A stretch of 24,000 bases of DNA, taken from Acinetobacter lwoffii (GTDB taxonomy: Bacteria; Pseudomonadota; Gammaproteobacteria; Pseudomonadales; Moraxellaceae). The notes under the pieces were generated by a model. That model was given only the letters and a program-made list of their open reading frames with translations, did not search any database and was not told the origin of the DNA. Both the position numbers and the translations under genes were made by a program. The stretch's first letter is position 1. Every line of letters starts with the position of its first letter. The stretch lies in assembly GCF_015602705.1 (NCBI RefSeq), contig NZ_CP059081.1:357702-381701 (forward strand), in the 5' to 3' direction. Below are positions 7,224 to 15,552 of the stretch, piece by piece.

Positions 7224-7253
7224 ATAAAAACCCGCCAGAGTCAAAGGCGGGGG
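7224..7253 (-). terminator. Rho-independent terminator downstream of bfd
   Basis: The minus strand reads CCCGCC-tttgactct-GGCGGG followed by TTTTTAT. The stem is 7231-7236/7246-7251, about 60 nt after the bfd stop. Confidence 0.7.
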
Positions 7254-7314
7254 AGGAGTAATGATCAAAGATCATTGTTTTTCATTATGCTTATTGGGAG
7301 AAATCTTTCTAAAT

Positions 7315-7509
7315 TTATGCTGCAACAGCCAGTCGAGCTGCAATTTGTGAAACCTCATCACTGATGATCATGCGGGCTTCTGGTGCGCAGCGGCCACAGC
7401 AAGTTCCCAAGTCCAACATATCGCGGACATCACGATAACTTTCAGCGCCATTTGCAATAGCATCTTTAATGTCTTGATCTGTAATGCCACGGCATAGACA
7501 AACGTACAT
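7315..7509 (-). CDS. bfd: Bacterioferritin-associated ferredoxin (BFD-like [2Fe-2S] protein)
   Basis: MYVCLCRGITDQDI...GTCCGRC carries the four-Cys Bfd signature. ATG 7509 is preferred over the listed upstream TTG 7518 because Bfd proteins start MYVC. Confidence 0.9.
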   Translation of the reverse strand: MYVCLCRGITDQDIKDAIANGAESYRDVRDMLDLGTCCGRCAPEARMIISDEVSQIAARLAVAA

Positions 7510-7545
7510 AGGACACAACCACAGTGATTAAATAAGATAAGTAAT

Positions 7546-7573
7546 ATTATTGATAATTGTTATCGTTTGTCAA
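7546..7573 (-). promoter_or_regulatory. Sigma70 promoter of bfd with an embedded Fur box
   Basis: On the minus strand, TTGACA (7573-7568) is followed by a 16-nt spacer and AATAAT (7551-7546). The spacer contains GATAACAATTATC (7552-7564), which matches 11 of 13 positions of the GATAATGATTATC half of the Fur consensus. It lies 37-64 nt upstream of the bfd ATG. Confidence 0.6.
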
Positions 7574-7729
7574 TAAAAATCATTTGAAATAGCTTTTATC
7601 ATGATTGATGATTTAGATAAAAAAACACCACCTGAGCGGAAATCTAAGTATTAATTAAATTTCCGCGCAAGAGCGATTCATGATTTAGAATGAGATATTG
7701 CAGGGTGGGGACTGAGTGATTTTTATAAC

Positions 7730-8113
7730 TTATTGATTAATTATGACAATGCCATCCATTTCAACCAAGGCATCTTTAGGCAGGCCGGCCACACCTAAAG
7801 CGGCACGTGCTGGATAGGGTTGGGCAAAATACTCCCCCATAATTTGATTGACCAGTTGAAAGTGAGATAAGTCGGTCAGAAAAATATTCAGTTTGGCGAT
7901 ATCTGCCAAAGAGCCACCAGCGGCTTCACAGACTGCTTTTAAGTTATCAAACACCCGGCGAATTTGAGCTTCAATGCCTTCAACCAGTTCCATACTATAA
8001 GGATCCAGGCCAATTTGACCGGATAGATACAGGGTATCGCCTACAAGAATAGCTTGCGAATAAGTGCCAATCGCAGCAGGGGCATTTTCAGTATGGATTA
8101 CTTGGCGGGACAT
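7730..8113 (-). CDS. ridA: RidA/YjgF-family reactive enamine/imine deaminase
   Basis: A 127-aa protein with [14 protein letters not shown]...[11 protein letters not shown]...NIFLTDL...[16 protein letters not shown], a typical RidA signature. AAGGAG lies 7 nt upstream of the ATG, and the gene is downstream of spoT as in many gammaproteobacteria. Confidence 0.9.
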   Translation of the reverse strand: MSRQVIHTENAPAAIGTYSQAILVGDTLYLSGQIGLDPYSMELVEGIEAQIRRVFDNLKAVCEAAGGSLADIAKLNIFLTDLSHFQLVNQIMGEYFAQPYPARAALGVAGLPKDALVEMDGIVIINQ

Positions 8114-8188
8114 TAATTTCTCCTTTTATCATCGACATACATCATATTCGATCAATTCGGCCGATCAAAGCACTATCGTTTTAAATGA

Positions 8189-10294
8189 TTAACTCGCTTT
8201 AGAGGCTTCACTGAAAACGACGGGCTGTGCCAGGCGGATAATTCGTGGAAAACCGAAATACATGCGTAAATCGCGGATAATCTGCGCGATCTGTTTACGG
8301 TTATGCACCACGATATTGACATAGGTTTTGTCATCCTGAGTACGCACCATTTCCACCCCGGAATGCGCTTTACGGCATTGGTAAATCAGGTCGGAAATCT
8401 GCTCGTCATTCATGTCCAGGTCAATGCTAAGATAGGCAGTAAAGCTGATATCTTCCAGATCATCAGAGGTCCACTGCAACAACATGATATTTTCTGGATG
8501 CTGATGCTGTTCATGCAGTAGGTTATGACAGCGCGCACGATGCACAATCAGACCGCGACGGGTCAAATGACCCTGAATCGGATCACCCAGCACAGGATTG
8601 CAGCAATGTGCATATTTGACATCGACACCTTCCGTTCCCTGAATCAGACGATCTGAACTGGCAATATTCTGATGCTGATCTTGGGCAAATAAATGATTGG
8701 CCACCAGTTGCGGTAATAAATCACCGACTGCAATCTGTTCAAACAGCTGTTCCTTGCTGGAAACATGGCGCCATTCCAAGAGGTTCTTCCAGTCTGCTTC
8801 AGTCAGATCGCGAATTGAACGATGGAATAGTTTCAAGGCACGATTGAGAGCCTGTTGTCCAACCAGACGTTGCTCATCTGGATCCTGATCACGCAGAATA
8901 TTTTGAATAGCACGACGAGCTTTTTGGGTATTGATGAAACTGAGCCAATCCGGATTAGGAGTCGCAAGGACATCAGTAATGATTTCGACCACCTGACCAC
9001 TGACTAAAGGAGTCGACAGGGGTTTGGTTTCATTGTTAATTTTTGCACCAACCGCATGGTTGCCTAGGAATAAACTCGCGGCATAAGCAAAGTCAACCGC
9101 CGTGGCGCCTTGCGGCAATTCATGTAAATGACCGTGTGGGGTATAGACCCAGATTTTTTCCTGATGTAAATAGTCCAGTAGTTCACTGAAAGTGGTTTTG
9201 GCACATTCACCATCGACCAGTACATTCAGATTCTGCATTGAGGCCTGAATCGCAGAGCGGCAGGCCTGAGGAGCACTTTCACCGAGCACGACGCCAAAAC
9301 GTGCCGCTTTACGCATGAGTTCTGTTTGAATGGTAAGCGATAGGGTCGTCTCTTCGCCTTTCAAACGCATCATTAAGGACTGGTTGCCTCCCGGTAATGG
9401 GCGGCGGATATGATCTTCATAACTCTGGATTTTAAAACTTTGCGTCAGAATTTCTGCCAGTCGGTCACAGTCCGCAATGCTCTGTAAAATAATTTCAAAA
9501 GCATGGCTGTGAGTCAATTCTTGTAGATCGATGTCATTTTTAACGAAGTGACGCAGTAGCTCAATGTTGTTATTTTTCTTCTTAATTCGACCCTGAATGG
9601 CATTCTGTTGCAGCAGTTCGGTCAGGTTCTTTTCCCACTTGGCCTGATATTCACAACGTTTTGGCTTGGTTTCCAGCAGGGCGGCCTGCACATTATTATA
9701 CATGTCCAGATCTAGATTCTGATAACAAAGATGTTCCAGGTTATCGGCCATTTCATTCATGCCGACAATACGTGCCATTGGAACAAAAATTTCAAAGGTT
9801 TCGCGGGCAATACGCGCGCGTTTGTCGGGACGCAGTGCGTCCAAAGTGGTCATGTTGTGATAACGGTCGGCCAGTTTCACGATAATGACACGTGGATCTT
9901 GTAGAGTCGCTTGCAGGATTTTCCGGAAAGAAGCCGCTTTATTATATTCTTTATCGCTGGAATGACTCAGTTTGGTGACACCATCGACCAGTTCAGCGAC
10001 GGTAAAACCAAAAATCTTGCTAATATCGTCTTTGTTGAACTCAGTATCTTCAATCACATCATGCAGCAGGGCAGCCATTAAAGTTTCAGTGTCCAAACGC
10101 ATATGCGCCAAGATACAGCTGACCGCAATCGGATGCAGAATATAGGGTTCACCACTTTTACGCACAATCCCGTCATGCGCCATATCTGCATAATCACAGG
10201 CCGCAAGCACACGTTCGACATCGCTTTCACTTAAATACGCATCGATAATGATCTCTAACTGCTGCTTGGCTTGACTGACCTGTGGGCCTGGCAT
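8189..10294 (-). CDS. spoT: Bifunctional (p)ppGpp synthetase/hydrolase SpoT (RelA/SpoT homologue)
   Basis: It has an HD hydrolase motif (GEPYILHPIAV...LLHDVIEDT), a synthetase domain, and TGS and ACT-like C-terminal regions, in the gmk-rpoZ-spoT order. ATG 10294, with AAGGTG 4 nt upstream, is preferred over the listed TTG 10309. Confidence 0.93.
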   Translation of the reverse strand: MPGPQVSQAKQQLEIIIDAYLSESDVERVLAACDYADMAHDGIVRKSGEPYILHPIAVSCILAHMRLDTETLMAALLHDVIEDTEFNKDDISKIFGFTVAELVDGVTKLSHSSDKEYNKAASFRKILQATLQDPRVIIVKLADRYHNMTTLDALRPDKRARIARETFEIFVPMARIVGMNEMADNLEHLCYQNLDLDMYNNVQAALLETKPKRCEYQAKWEKNLTELLQQNAIQGRIKKKNNNIELLRHFVKNDIDLQELTHSHAFEIILQSIADCDRLAEILTQSFKIQSYEDHIRRPLPGGNQSLMMRLKGEETTLSLTIQTELMRKAARFGVVLGESAPQACRSAIQASMQNLNVLVDGECAKTTFSELLDYLHQEKIWVYTPHGHLHELPQGATAVDFAYAASLFLGNHAVGAKINNETKPLSTPLVSGQVVEIITDVLATPNPDWLSFINTQKARRAIQNILRDQDPDEQRLVGQQALNRALKLFHRSIRDLTEADWKNLLEWRHVSSKEQLFEQIAVGDLLPQLVANHLFAQDQHQNIASSDRLIQGTEGVDVKYAHCCNPVLGDPIQGHLTRRGLIVHRARCHNLLHEQHQHPENIMLLQWTSDDLEDISFTAYLSIDLDMNDEQISDLIYQCRKAHSGVEMVRTQDDKTYVNIVVHNRKQIAQIIRDLRMYFGFPRIIRLAQPVVFSEASKAS

Positions 10295-10463
10295 AAAACA
10301 CCTTTTCAACTGAATTTTTTACAAATAAAACCTGAAAGCATTCTAGAAATGTGAATTTCTTGGCTTGATGGTTTTTTGCTGCTACAGAGCAGAAAACCAA
10401 TACAAACTTGATAGCTAACCCTTATGTTATAACCGTTCTGGCATAAATATAAAAGTCACATAA

Positions 10464-10495
10464 CAAAAAAAGCCTAGTTTAGAACTAGGCTTTTT
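10464..10495 (-). terminator. Intrinsic terminator-like hairpin between rpoZ and spoT
   Basis: AAAAAAAGCCTAG-tttagaa-CTAGGCTTTTT has its stem flanked by A and T runs. On the minus strand it directly follows the rpoZ stop and is followed by TTTTTTT. Confidence 0.7.
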
Positions 10496-10508
10496 CAGTG
10501 ACGATCTC

Positions 10509-10790
10509 TTATTGGAAAGAAAAACCGTCTAAGTTTAGATTATTTGCAGAAAGTGCAAGGTCTAGACTTGATGTTTGATAGTCTTGATCACGTTGTTTCA
10601 AAATATCTTTTGAGACATGACCTGAAGCGATTTCACGTAAAGCAACAACAGTCGGTTTGTCATTGTCCCATTCTACAGTTGGTTCAATACCTTGACGTGC
10701 CAATTGACGCGCGCGCTTGCTTGCCACTAGTACAAGCTCAAAGCGGTTGTCTACATGGTCTAAACAATCTTCAACGGTGACGCGTGCCAT
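10509..10790 (-). CDS. rpoZ: DNA-directed RNA polymerase omega subunit
   Basis: [30 protein letters not shown] is the canonical RpoZ N-terminus. Confidence 0.95.
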   Translation of the reverse strand: MARVTVEDCLDHVDNRFELVLVASKRARQLARQGIEPTVEWDNDKPTVVALREIASGHVSKDILKQRDQDYQTSSLDLALSANNLNLDGFSFQ

Positions 10791-10866
10791 AAGAATTCTC
10801 GTTTGAATAATAAATTTTAACAGACTGCACAGTATAAAAGGCTTTGTCTATAGACTCAAGTTTTAA

Positions 10867-11490
10867 TCACTGTTCAGTTGGTGTGATGAGCTGCTGAATC
10901 AGTTTTTCATGACGGTTGGCCTGTTGCGACAAGGTCAAGCGGTTAGCGATAATGACCGCTTCCAGGTCATGCAGCGCCTTATTAAAGTCATCATTGATAA
11001 TAATATAGTCAAAGTTGCTATATTGTTGCATATCTTCTACCGCGCAGCTGAGACGATGTTCGATCACATCCACCGTGTCGGTGCCGCGGTTAGACAGGCG
11101 TTCACGCAGGTCAAACTGGCTTGGTGGCAGAATAAAGATTTGTTTTGATTCAGGAAATAAGCGACGGACCTGCTGTGCACCCTGCCAGTCAATCTCGAGC
11201 AGGACATCATGACCTTTAGCCAGTTGTTCTTTTACAGTCGCTTGCGCAGTACCATAATAGTTACCAAAGACTTCAGCATATTCAATAAAGCCACCTTCAT
11301 TGACCAGATTGAGAAAATCTTCTTTGGTAGAGAAGTGGTAATGCACACCATCGAGTTCGCCAGGTCGTTGACCGCGTGTCGTATGAGAAACAGAAACATG
11401 AAGATTGTTGACACGTTCAAGTAATGCTTTAACGAGGGATGTTTTGCCTGTTCCAGACGCAGCAGAAACGACAAACAAGAGACCCGACAT
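10867..11490 (-). CDS. gmk: Guanylate kinase
   Basis: It has a P-loop SAASGTGKTSL, the motifs SHTTR..RPGE.DG..YHF and EYAEVFGNYYGT, and sits upstream of rpoZ. Confidence 0.95.
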   Translation of the reverse strand: MSGLLFVVSAASGTGKTSLVKALLERVNNLHVSVSHTTRGQRPGELDGVHYHFSTKEDFLNLVNEGGFIEYAEVFGNYYGTAQATVKEQLAKGHDVLLEIDWQGAQQVRRLFPESKQIFILPPSQFDLRERLSNRGTDTVDVIEHRLSCAVEDMQQYSNFDYIIINDDFNKALHDLEAVIIANRLTLSQQANRHEKLIQQLITPTEQ

Positions 11491-11624
11491 GATATTTTTC
11501 CTGATATGATAAAATATCTTCTCTATTTTAGAGTAGAGCGACTTTAAACTAAATAGTTGTACGTCGATTGTTTTACATTTATTTCAATTGTTGCAGCATA
11601 AATTGAGTGAGTATTGAGGATTCT

Positions 11625-12575
11625 ATGGAAATTGTTTTAGCCAACCCGCGTGGTTTCTGTGCTGGTGTGGATCGTGCCATTGCGATCGTGAACCGTGCCC
11701 TAGAATGCTTTAACCCACCAATTTATGTGCGTCATGAAGTGGTGCACAACAAATTTGTGGTCGATGACTTACGCCAGCGTGGTGCAATTTTTGTTGATGA
11801 GCTGGATGAAGTGCCTGACGATAATATCGTGATTTTTAGTGCACATGGTGTTTCGAAAGCCGTCCAGCTTGAGGCTGAACGCCGTGGTTTAAAAGTTTTT
11901 GACGCGACTTGCCCGTTGGTCACTAAAGTACATATTGAAGTGACGAAATATGCACGCGAAGGAGTGGAAGCCATTCTGATTGGGCATGAGGGACACCCAG
12001 AAGTTGAAGGTACCATGGGCCAATATGACAAGAAAAATGGCGGTGATATCTATTTAGTAGAAGACGAAGAAGACGTTGCTGCGTTAACTGTGCGAAATCC
12101 TGAAAAAGTAGCATTTGTCACTCAAACCACTTTATCAATTGATGATACGGCGAAAGTGATTGATGCCTTACGTCAAAAATTCCCAATGATCCAAGGCCCG
12201 CGTAAAGATGATATTTGCTACGCTACGCAAAACCGTCAGGATGCAGTGCGCGATCTGGCTGAACGTTGTGATGTAGTCTTAGTTGTGGGTTCACCAAATT
12301 CATCTAACTCAAACCGTTTGCGTGAACTGGCTGAACGTATGGGTAAATCTGCTTATCTGGTTGATAATGCCGATGAGCTCAAACAGGAATGGTTTGCAGA
12401 AAATATCCAGATTGGGGTAACAGCAGGCGCGTCAGCACCGGAAATTCTGATTAAGCAGGTCATTCAGCGGTTACAGGACTGGGGTGCGCAGGCACCGCAC
12501 GAATTAGATGGAAGAGAAGAGAATATTACTTTTAGCTTACCGAAAGAATTGCGTATTCCAGTCACTCAAGCTTAA
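11625..12575 (+). CDS. ispH: 4-hydroxy-3-methylbut-2-enyl diphosphate reductase IspH (LytB)
   Basis: [19 protein letters not shown]...SAHGVS...[10 protein letters not shown]...[12 protein letters not shown] are IspH signatures. ATG 11625, with GAGGA 5 nt upstream, is preferred over the listed GTG 11607. Confidence 0.95.
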   Translation: MEIVLANPRGFCAGVDRAIAIVNRALECFNPPIYVRHEVVHNKFVVDDLRQRGAIFVDELDEVPDDNIVIFSAHGVSKAVQLEAERRGLKVFDATCPLVTKVHIEVTKYAREGVEAILIGHEGHPEVEGTMGQYDKKNGGDIYLVEDEEDVAALTVRNPEKVAFVTQTTLSIDDTAKVIDALRQKFPMIQGPRKDDICYATQNRQDAVRDLAERCDVVLVVGSPNSSNSNRLRELAERMGKSAYLVDNADELKQEWFAENIQIGVTAGASAPEILIKQVIQRLQDWGAQAPHELDGREENITFSLPKELRIPVTQA

Positions 12576-12612
12576 GATGTGACGCACTTATCACCTGATT
12601 TATAGTTTTTTT

Positions 12613-12650
12613 AAAACAGATAACTGCTTTTTGCAGTTATCTGTTTTTTT
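12613..12650 (+). terminator. Rho-independent terminator after ispH
   Basis: AAAACAGATAACTGC-ttttt-GCAGTTATCTGTTTT has a 15-bp stem (12613-12627/12633-12647) followed by a T-run. Confidence 0.9.
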
Positions 12651-12734
12651 ATGCCATTTATCTCTAATTGTGTAGGTTTTGTAACTTTAATATGTATTAT
12701 TTTAACTGGGTTAAAGTTTTAGTTTGGGGGCAGC

Positions 12735-13220
12735 ATGCAGAAAGAAAAAGGATTTACCTTAATTGAGCTGATGGTGACGATTGCGGTGTTGGCGATTGTT
12801 GCAAGTATAGCTGCTCCTTCGTTTGGGAATTTATTGATAAAAGAAAATCTCAAAACTACAGCTTACAATATAAGAGATACTTTAAAGGAAGCTAGAAGCC
12901 GAGCTGTATTAAATCGAAATGAAACAGTCCTCTGCACATCGATCAATAAGTCTGCTAGTGCAGTAACTGAAAGCGTATGTGGAGCACATTTAACTAATTA
13001 CTCTAGCATGACAAACTCTCTCAAAAACACTAGTGTTTTTATTGTAAATGTGGAAAAGAAAATTACTTTAAAGAATACCTCGGATGACAGCTTTGTTTTT
13101 TCATCTAGAGGAAATTTAAATGGTACTAAAACTATTACTTTATGTTCTTCAGTCGGGTCTTATATTTTATCAGTTAGCATTCCTGGAACTGTAGATATTT
13201 CTCAAGGAGCTGCATGCTAA
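12735..13220 (+). CDS. fimU: GspH/FimT/FimU-family minor pilin, first gene of the minor-pilin operon
   Basis: MQKEKG|FTLIELMVTIAVLAIVASIAAPSF is a prepilin leader, and the 161-aa size and position ahead of pilV fit the family. FimT and FimU cannot be told apart by eye; the symbol reflects the positional equivalent only. Confidence 0.75.
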   Translation: MQKEKGFTLIELMVTIAVLAIVASIAAPSFGNLLIKENLKTTAYNIRDTLKEARSRAVLNRNETVLCTSINKSASAVTESVCGAHLTNYSSMTNSLKNTSVFIVNVEKKITLKNTSDDSFVFSSRGNLNGTKTITLCSSVGSYILSVSIPGTVDISQGAAC

Positions 13221-13729
13221 TGATAAATAGTCATTATCAGAAAGGTGTGGGACTGATGGAAGTGTTAGTAGCGATGCTAATTCTGGCAATTGCAATTCTG
13301 GGTTATGCGGCCTTACAAGTTAGAGCAACTACTGCGACTGAAGAATCAATGAAAAGATCGGATGCTCTGATTATTTTAAATGGGTTGGCAGAAAAAATTA
13401 GATTAAATCCGAATGGAGATTATAAGGAAGCAATACCAGAGGATTTGCCTGATTGTAGCAATGGATGTGATGCAGACGATCAAGCTTTATATGATTTAAA
13501 ACAATATGGTGATGCAGCCTTGACTAAAGATATTACTTTGGGGGTGATCGATTGTTTGAATACATCAGAAAGCCAAAAAAGATTGTGCTTAATTGCTGCA
13601 TGGAATGACACTGAGGCAATTACGGATGCTAAAGCAAGTTCGGAAGCTGAAACACCTGAGAATGCATGTTTAAAAACAGATGGTAAATATGTGAGTGACT
13701 CAAACTGCTTGGTGTTGGAGGCATATTAA
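13214..13729 (+). CDS. pilV: Type IV pilus minor pilin PilV
   Basis: YQKGVGLMEVLVAMLILAIAILGYAALQ is a PilV-type N-terminus. Its start overlaps the fimU stop (ATGCTAATGA), which suggests translational coupling. The start could be 13214 or 13220. Confidence 0.78.
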   Translation: MLMINSHYQKGVGLMEVLVAMLILAIAILGYAALQVRATTATEESMKRSDALIILNGLAEKIRLNPNGDYKEAIPEDLPDCSNGCDADDQALYDLKQYGDAALTKDITLGVIDCLNTSESQKRLCLIAAWNDTEAITDAKASSEAETPENACLKTDGKYVSDSNCLVLEAY

Positions 13730-14718
13730 TGAAAATTACTCATCAATCAGGTTTTACCCTTATAGAACTCATGATTGCTATCACTCTCGGATTGATTCTG
13801 GTGGCGGTGGCTATTCAACTATTGATTAGTGGACAAGTGAATTATCGCATTCAGACTTCAGCATCTTCATTACAAGATAGTGGAGTTTTTGCTGTCAACT
13901 ATGTGACTAAGAATATTAGATTGGCGAATCACGGTAATGCAGGTGCAATGAATGATGAGTCACTTTATGGAGGAATTGTTCTAAGTAATCAAACTAGTGG
14001 ATCAGCTACTCCTTTGGCAGATGGAAATTTAAAGGGATTAAAAATAGGAACATCTTTATTAAGTGGAAGTAACTTAGTTTCATCTAATTTAAATAACGAT
14101 AGTGCATTTGATAGCTATTTAAAAAGTGATCAGTTGGTAATAATTTATCAAGCTCCCCAGAATATGTTTACATGCACTGGTCAAAAAGTGAAGGGACCTA
14201 TTAAGACAGCTACCACTCATTCTAAAGGTTGGTATGTAATTGAAAGATATTATATAAATAAAGTTTCTGGTAAGGATGAAGCAAATTTGAATTGCTCCGA
14301 TGCAATGTTTATTGCGACGGGGGAGATTGTTCCTCAAACGTATGAGTCAACCACAATTTCAGCGGTAAATACGCTTACCGGAAGCTATGCGACAAATCCG
14401 GGTGAAATGATTGCTAAAAATGTTGAGTACATGCGAGTACAGCTAATTGTCAGGAATAATAACGGCTCAACTCGTACTCTTGGAATAGATGAATATAACA
14501 ATATCGCTATCACGGCTAGTGTTAAACATCGGCCAGCTGTTATAGGGATAAATTTAGGCTGGCTGGTTAGATCATCTGAAAAAGTGGCAATGTCAAATAA
14601 AAACAGTTTTGTTGTTTTGGATAAAACGATAACTGCGCCAAGTGATGGTTATATGCGACATGTATATACCACTACAGTTGCTTTGCGTAATGGTGGATTA
14701 GGAGATGTTATTCAATGA
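13729..14718 (+). CDS. pilW: Type IV pilus minor pilin PilW
   Basis: MKITHQSG|FTLIELMIAITLGLILVAVAIQLL is a prepilin leader, and the 329-aa size fits PilW. There is a 1-nt TAATG overlap with pilV. Confidence 0.8.
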   Translation: MKITHQSGFTLIELMIAITLGLILVAVAIQLLISGQVNYRIQTSASSLQDSGVFAVNYVTKNIRLANHGNAGAMNDESLYGGIVLSNQTSGSATPLADGNLKGLKIGTSLLSGSNLVSSNLNNDSAFDSYLKSDQLVIIYQAPQNMFTCTGQKVKGPIKTATTHSKGWYVIERYYINKVSGKDEANLNCSDAMFIATGEIVPQTYESTTISAVNTLTGSYATNPGEMIAKNVEYMRVQLIVRNNNGSTRTLGIDEYNNIAITASVKHRPAVIGINLGWLVRSSEKVAMSNKNSFVVLDKTITAPSDGYMRHVYTTTVALRNGGLGDVIQ

Positions 14719-15539
14719 TAAATCGTTCTAATTACCAGACAGGTGCAACACTTATTACGGTATTAATATTATTAGTATTAATTACTATTATTGGTTTATA
14801 CGCAATACGTAACAGTATTTTTAGTTTAAAAATCGCAACTAATGCACAGGTTCAAACTTTATTAATGCAAACTTCTGATGTTGCATTAGATCATCTAGAA
14901 AAAAACTTTAATACAAATGAATCAGAAAATTTAGCTGGAACTCCAGTGGGGCATGTTTTACTCGATGGTAATGAAGGTAAAGAATTACAATTGTGTTTTA
15001 AGCCAACTGAAGTAGAAGTAAATAAAAGTAAGGTAAAAAATAATTTATTTTTTAATCTAAGTGATTTTAGGATTATAGAAAGAAAAGCAAAAAATTCTAT
15101 TGAAGCTAAATCGACTGCAGAATCAGGAAATATTAATGCATTTTGCGATCCAACTTCTATGTTCTCTATAAGCCGCAAGGCAATTGTAACCCAAGTTGCT
15201 GTTGTAAGTCCGGATGATCCTGCTATTGAAGTTAATCGCTTTGAATATGTCAATAAAGGCGGGGATCCAAAAGATTCTACTAATACTAATACTAAACGAG
15301 TAAGAGTCACAGTTACCTCGTTTGCTCCTGCTATGACATCAGCGAGTATTGCCGACATGAATGTATGTCTAAGAAATAGATTAATGGATGACTCATTATT
15401 AAAAAATCGTGCAGATACTACCTTAGGGCAAGTAAAGATAGAGACTTTACATGAATGTTTAAATAAATTGGGTGTTCCATTAAATACACAAGTGGCTGAG
15501 TATATTGTTCGATTAAATGAATCGAAATCAAACATTTAA
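14715..15539 (+). CDS. pilX: PilX-like minor pilin
   Basis: NYQTGATLITVLILLVLITIIGLYAIRNS is a PilX_N-type hydrophobic N-terminus without Glu5. There is an ATGA overlap with the pilW stop, and the gene sits between pilW and pilY1. Confidence 0.7.
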   Translation: MINRSNYQTGATLITVLILLVLITIIGLYAIRNSIFSLKIATNAQVQTLLMQTSDVALDHLEKNFNTNESENLAGTPVGHVLLDGNEGKELQLCFKPTEVEVNKSKVKNNLFFNLSDFRIIERKAKNSIEAKSTAESGNINAFCDPTSMFSISRKAIVTQVAVVSPDDPAIEVNRFEYVNKGGDPKDSTNTNTKRVRVTVTSFAPAMTSASIADMNVCLRNRLMDDSLLKNRADTTLGQVKIETLHECLNKLGVPLNTQVAEYIVRLNESKSNI

Positions 15540-15552
15540 ATAAGGGGTAGTC

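Noticed and set aside
7636-7666. Hairpin GCGGAAAT-N15-ATTTCCGC downstream of ridA as a terminator
   Set aside because: It has a large loop and no adjacent T-run on the minus strand, so it is not a canonical intrinsic terminator. It may still be structural, but a call is not supported.
14891-15535. A 214-aa ORF antisense to pilX, the longest unexplained ORF in the track
   Set aside because: It lies entirely inside pilX on the opposite strand. Its translation is low-complexity with no recognisable motif or RBS. The sense frame has the PilX N-terminal signature and an ATGA coupling to pilW. Long antisense ORFs are expected in AT-rich genes with biased codon use.
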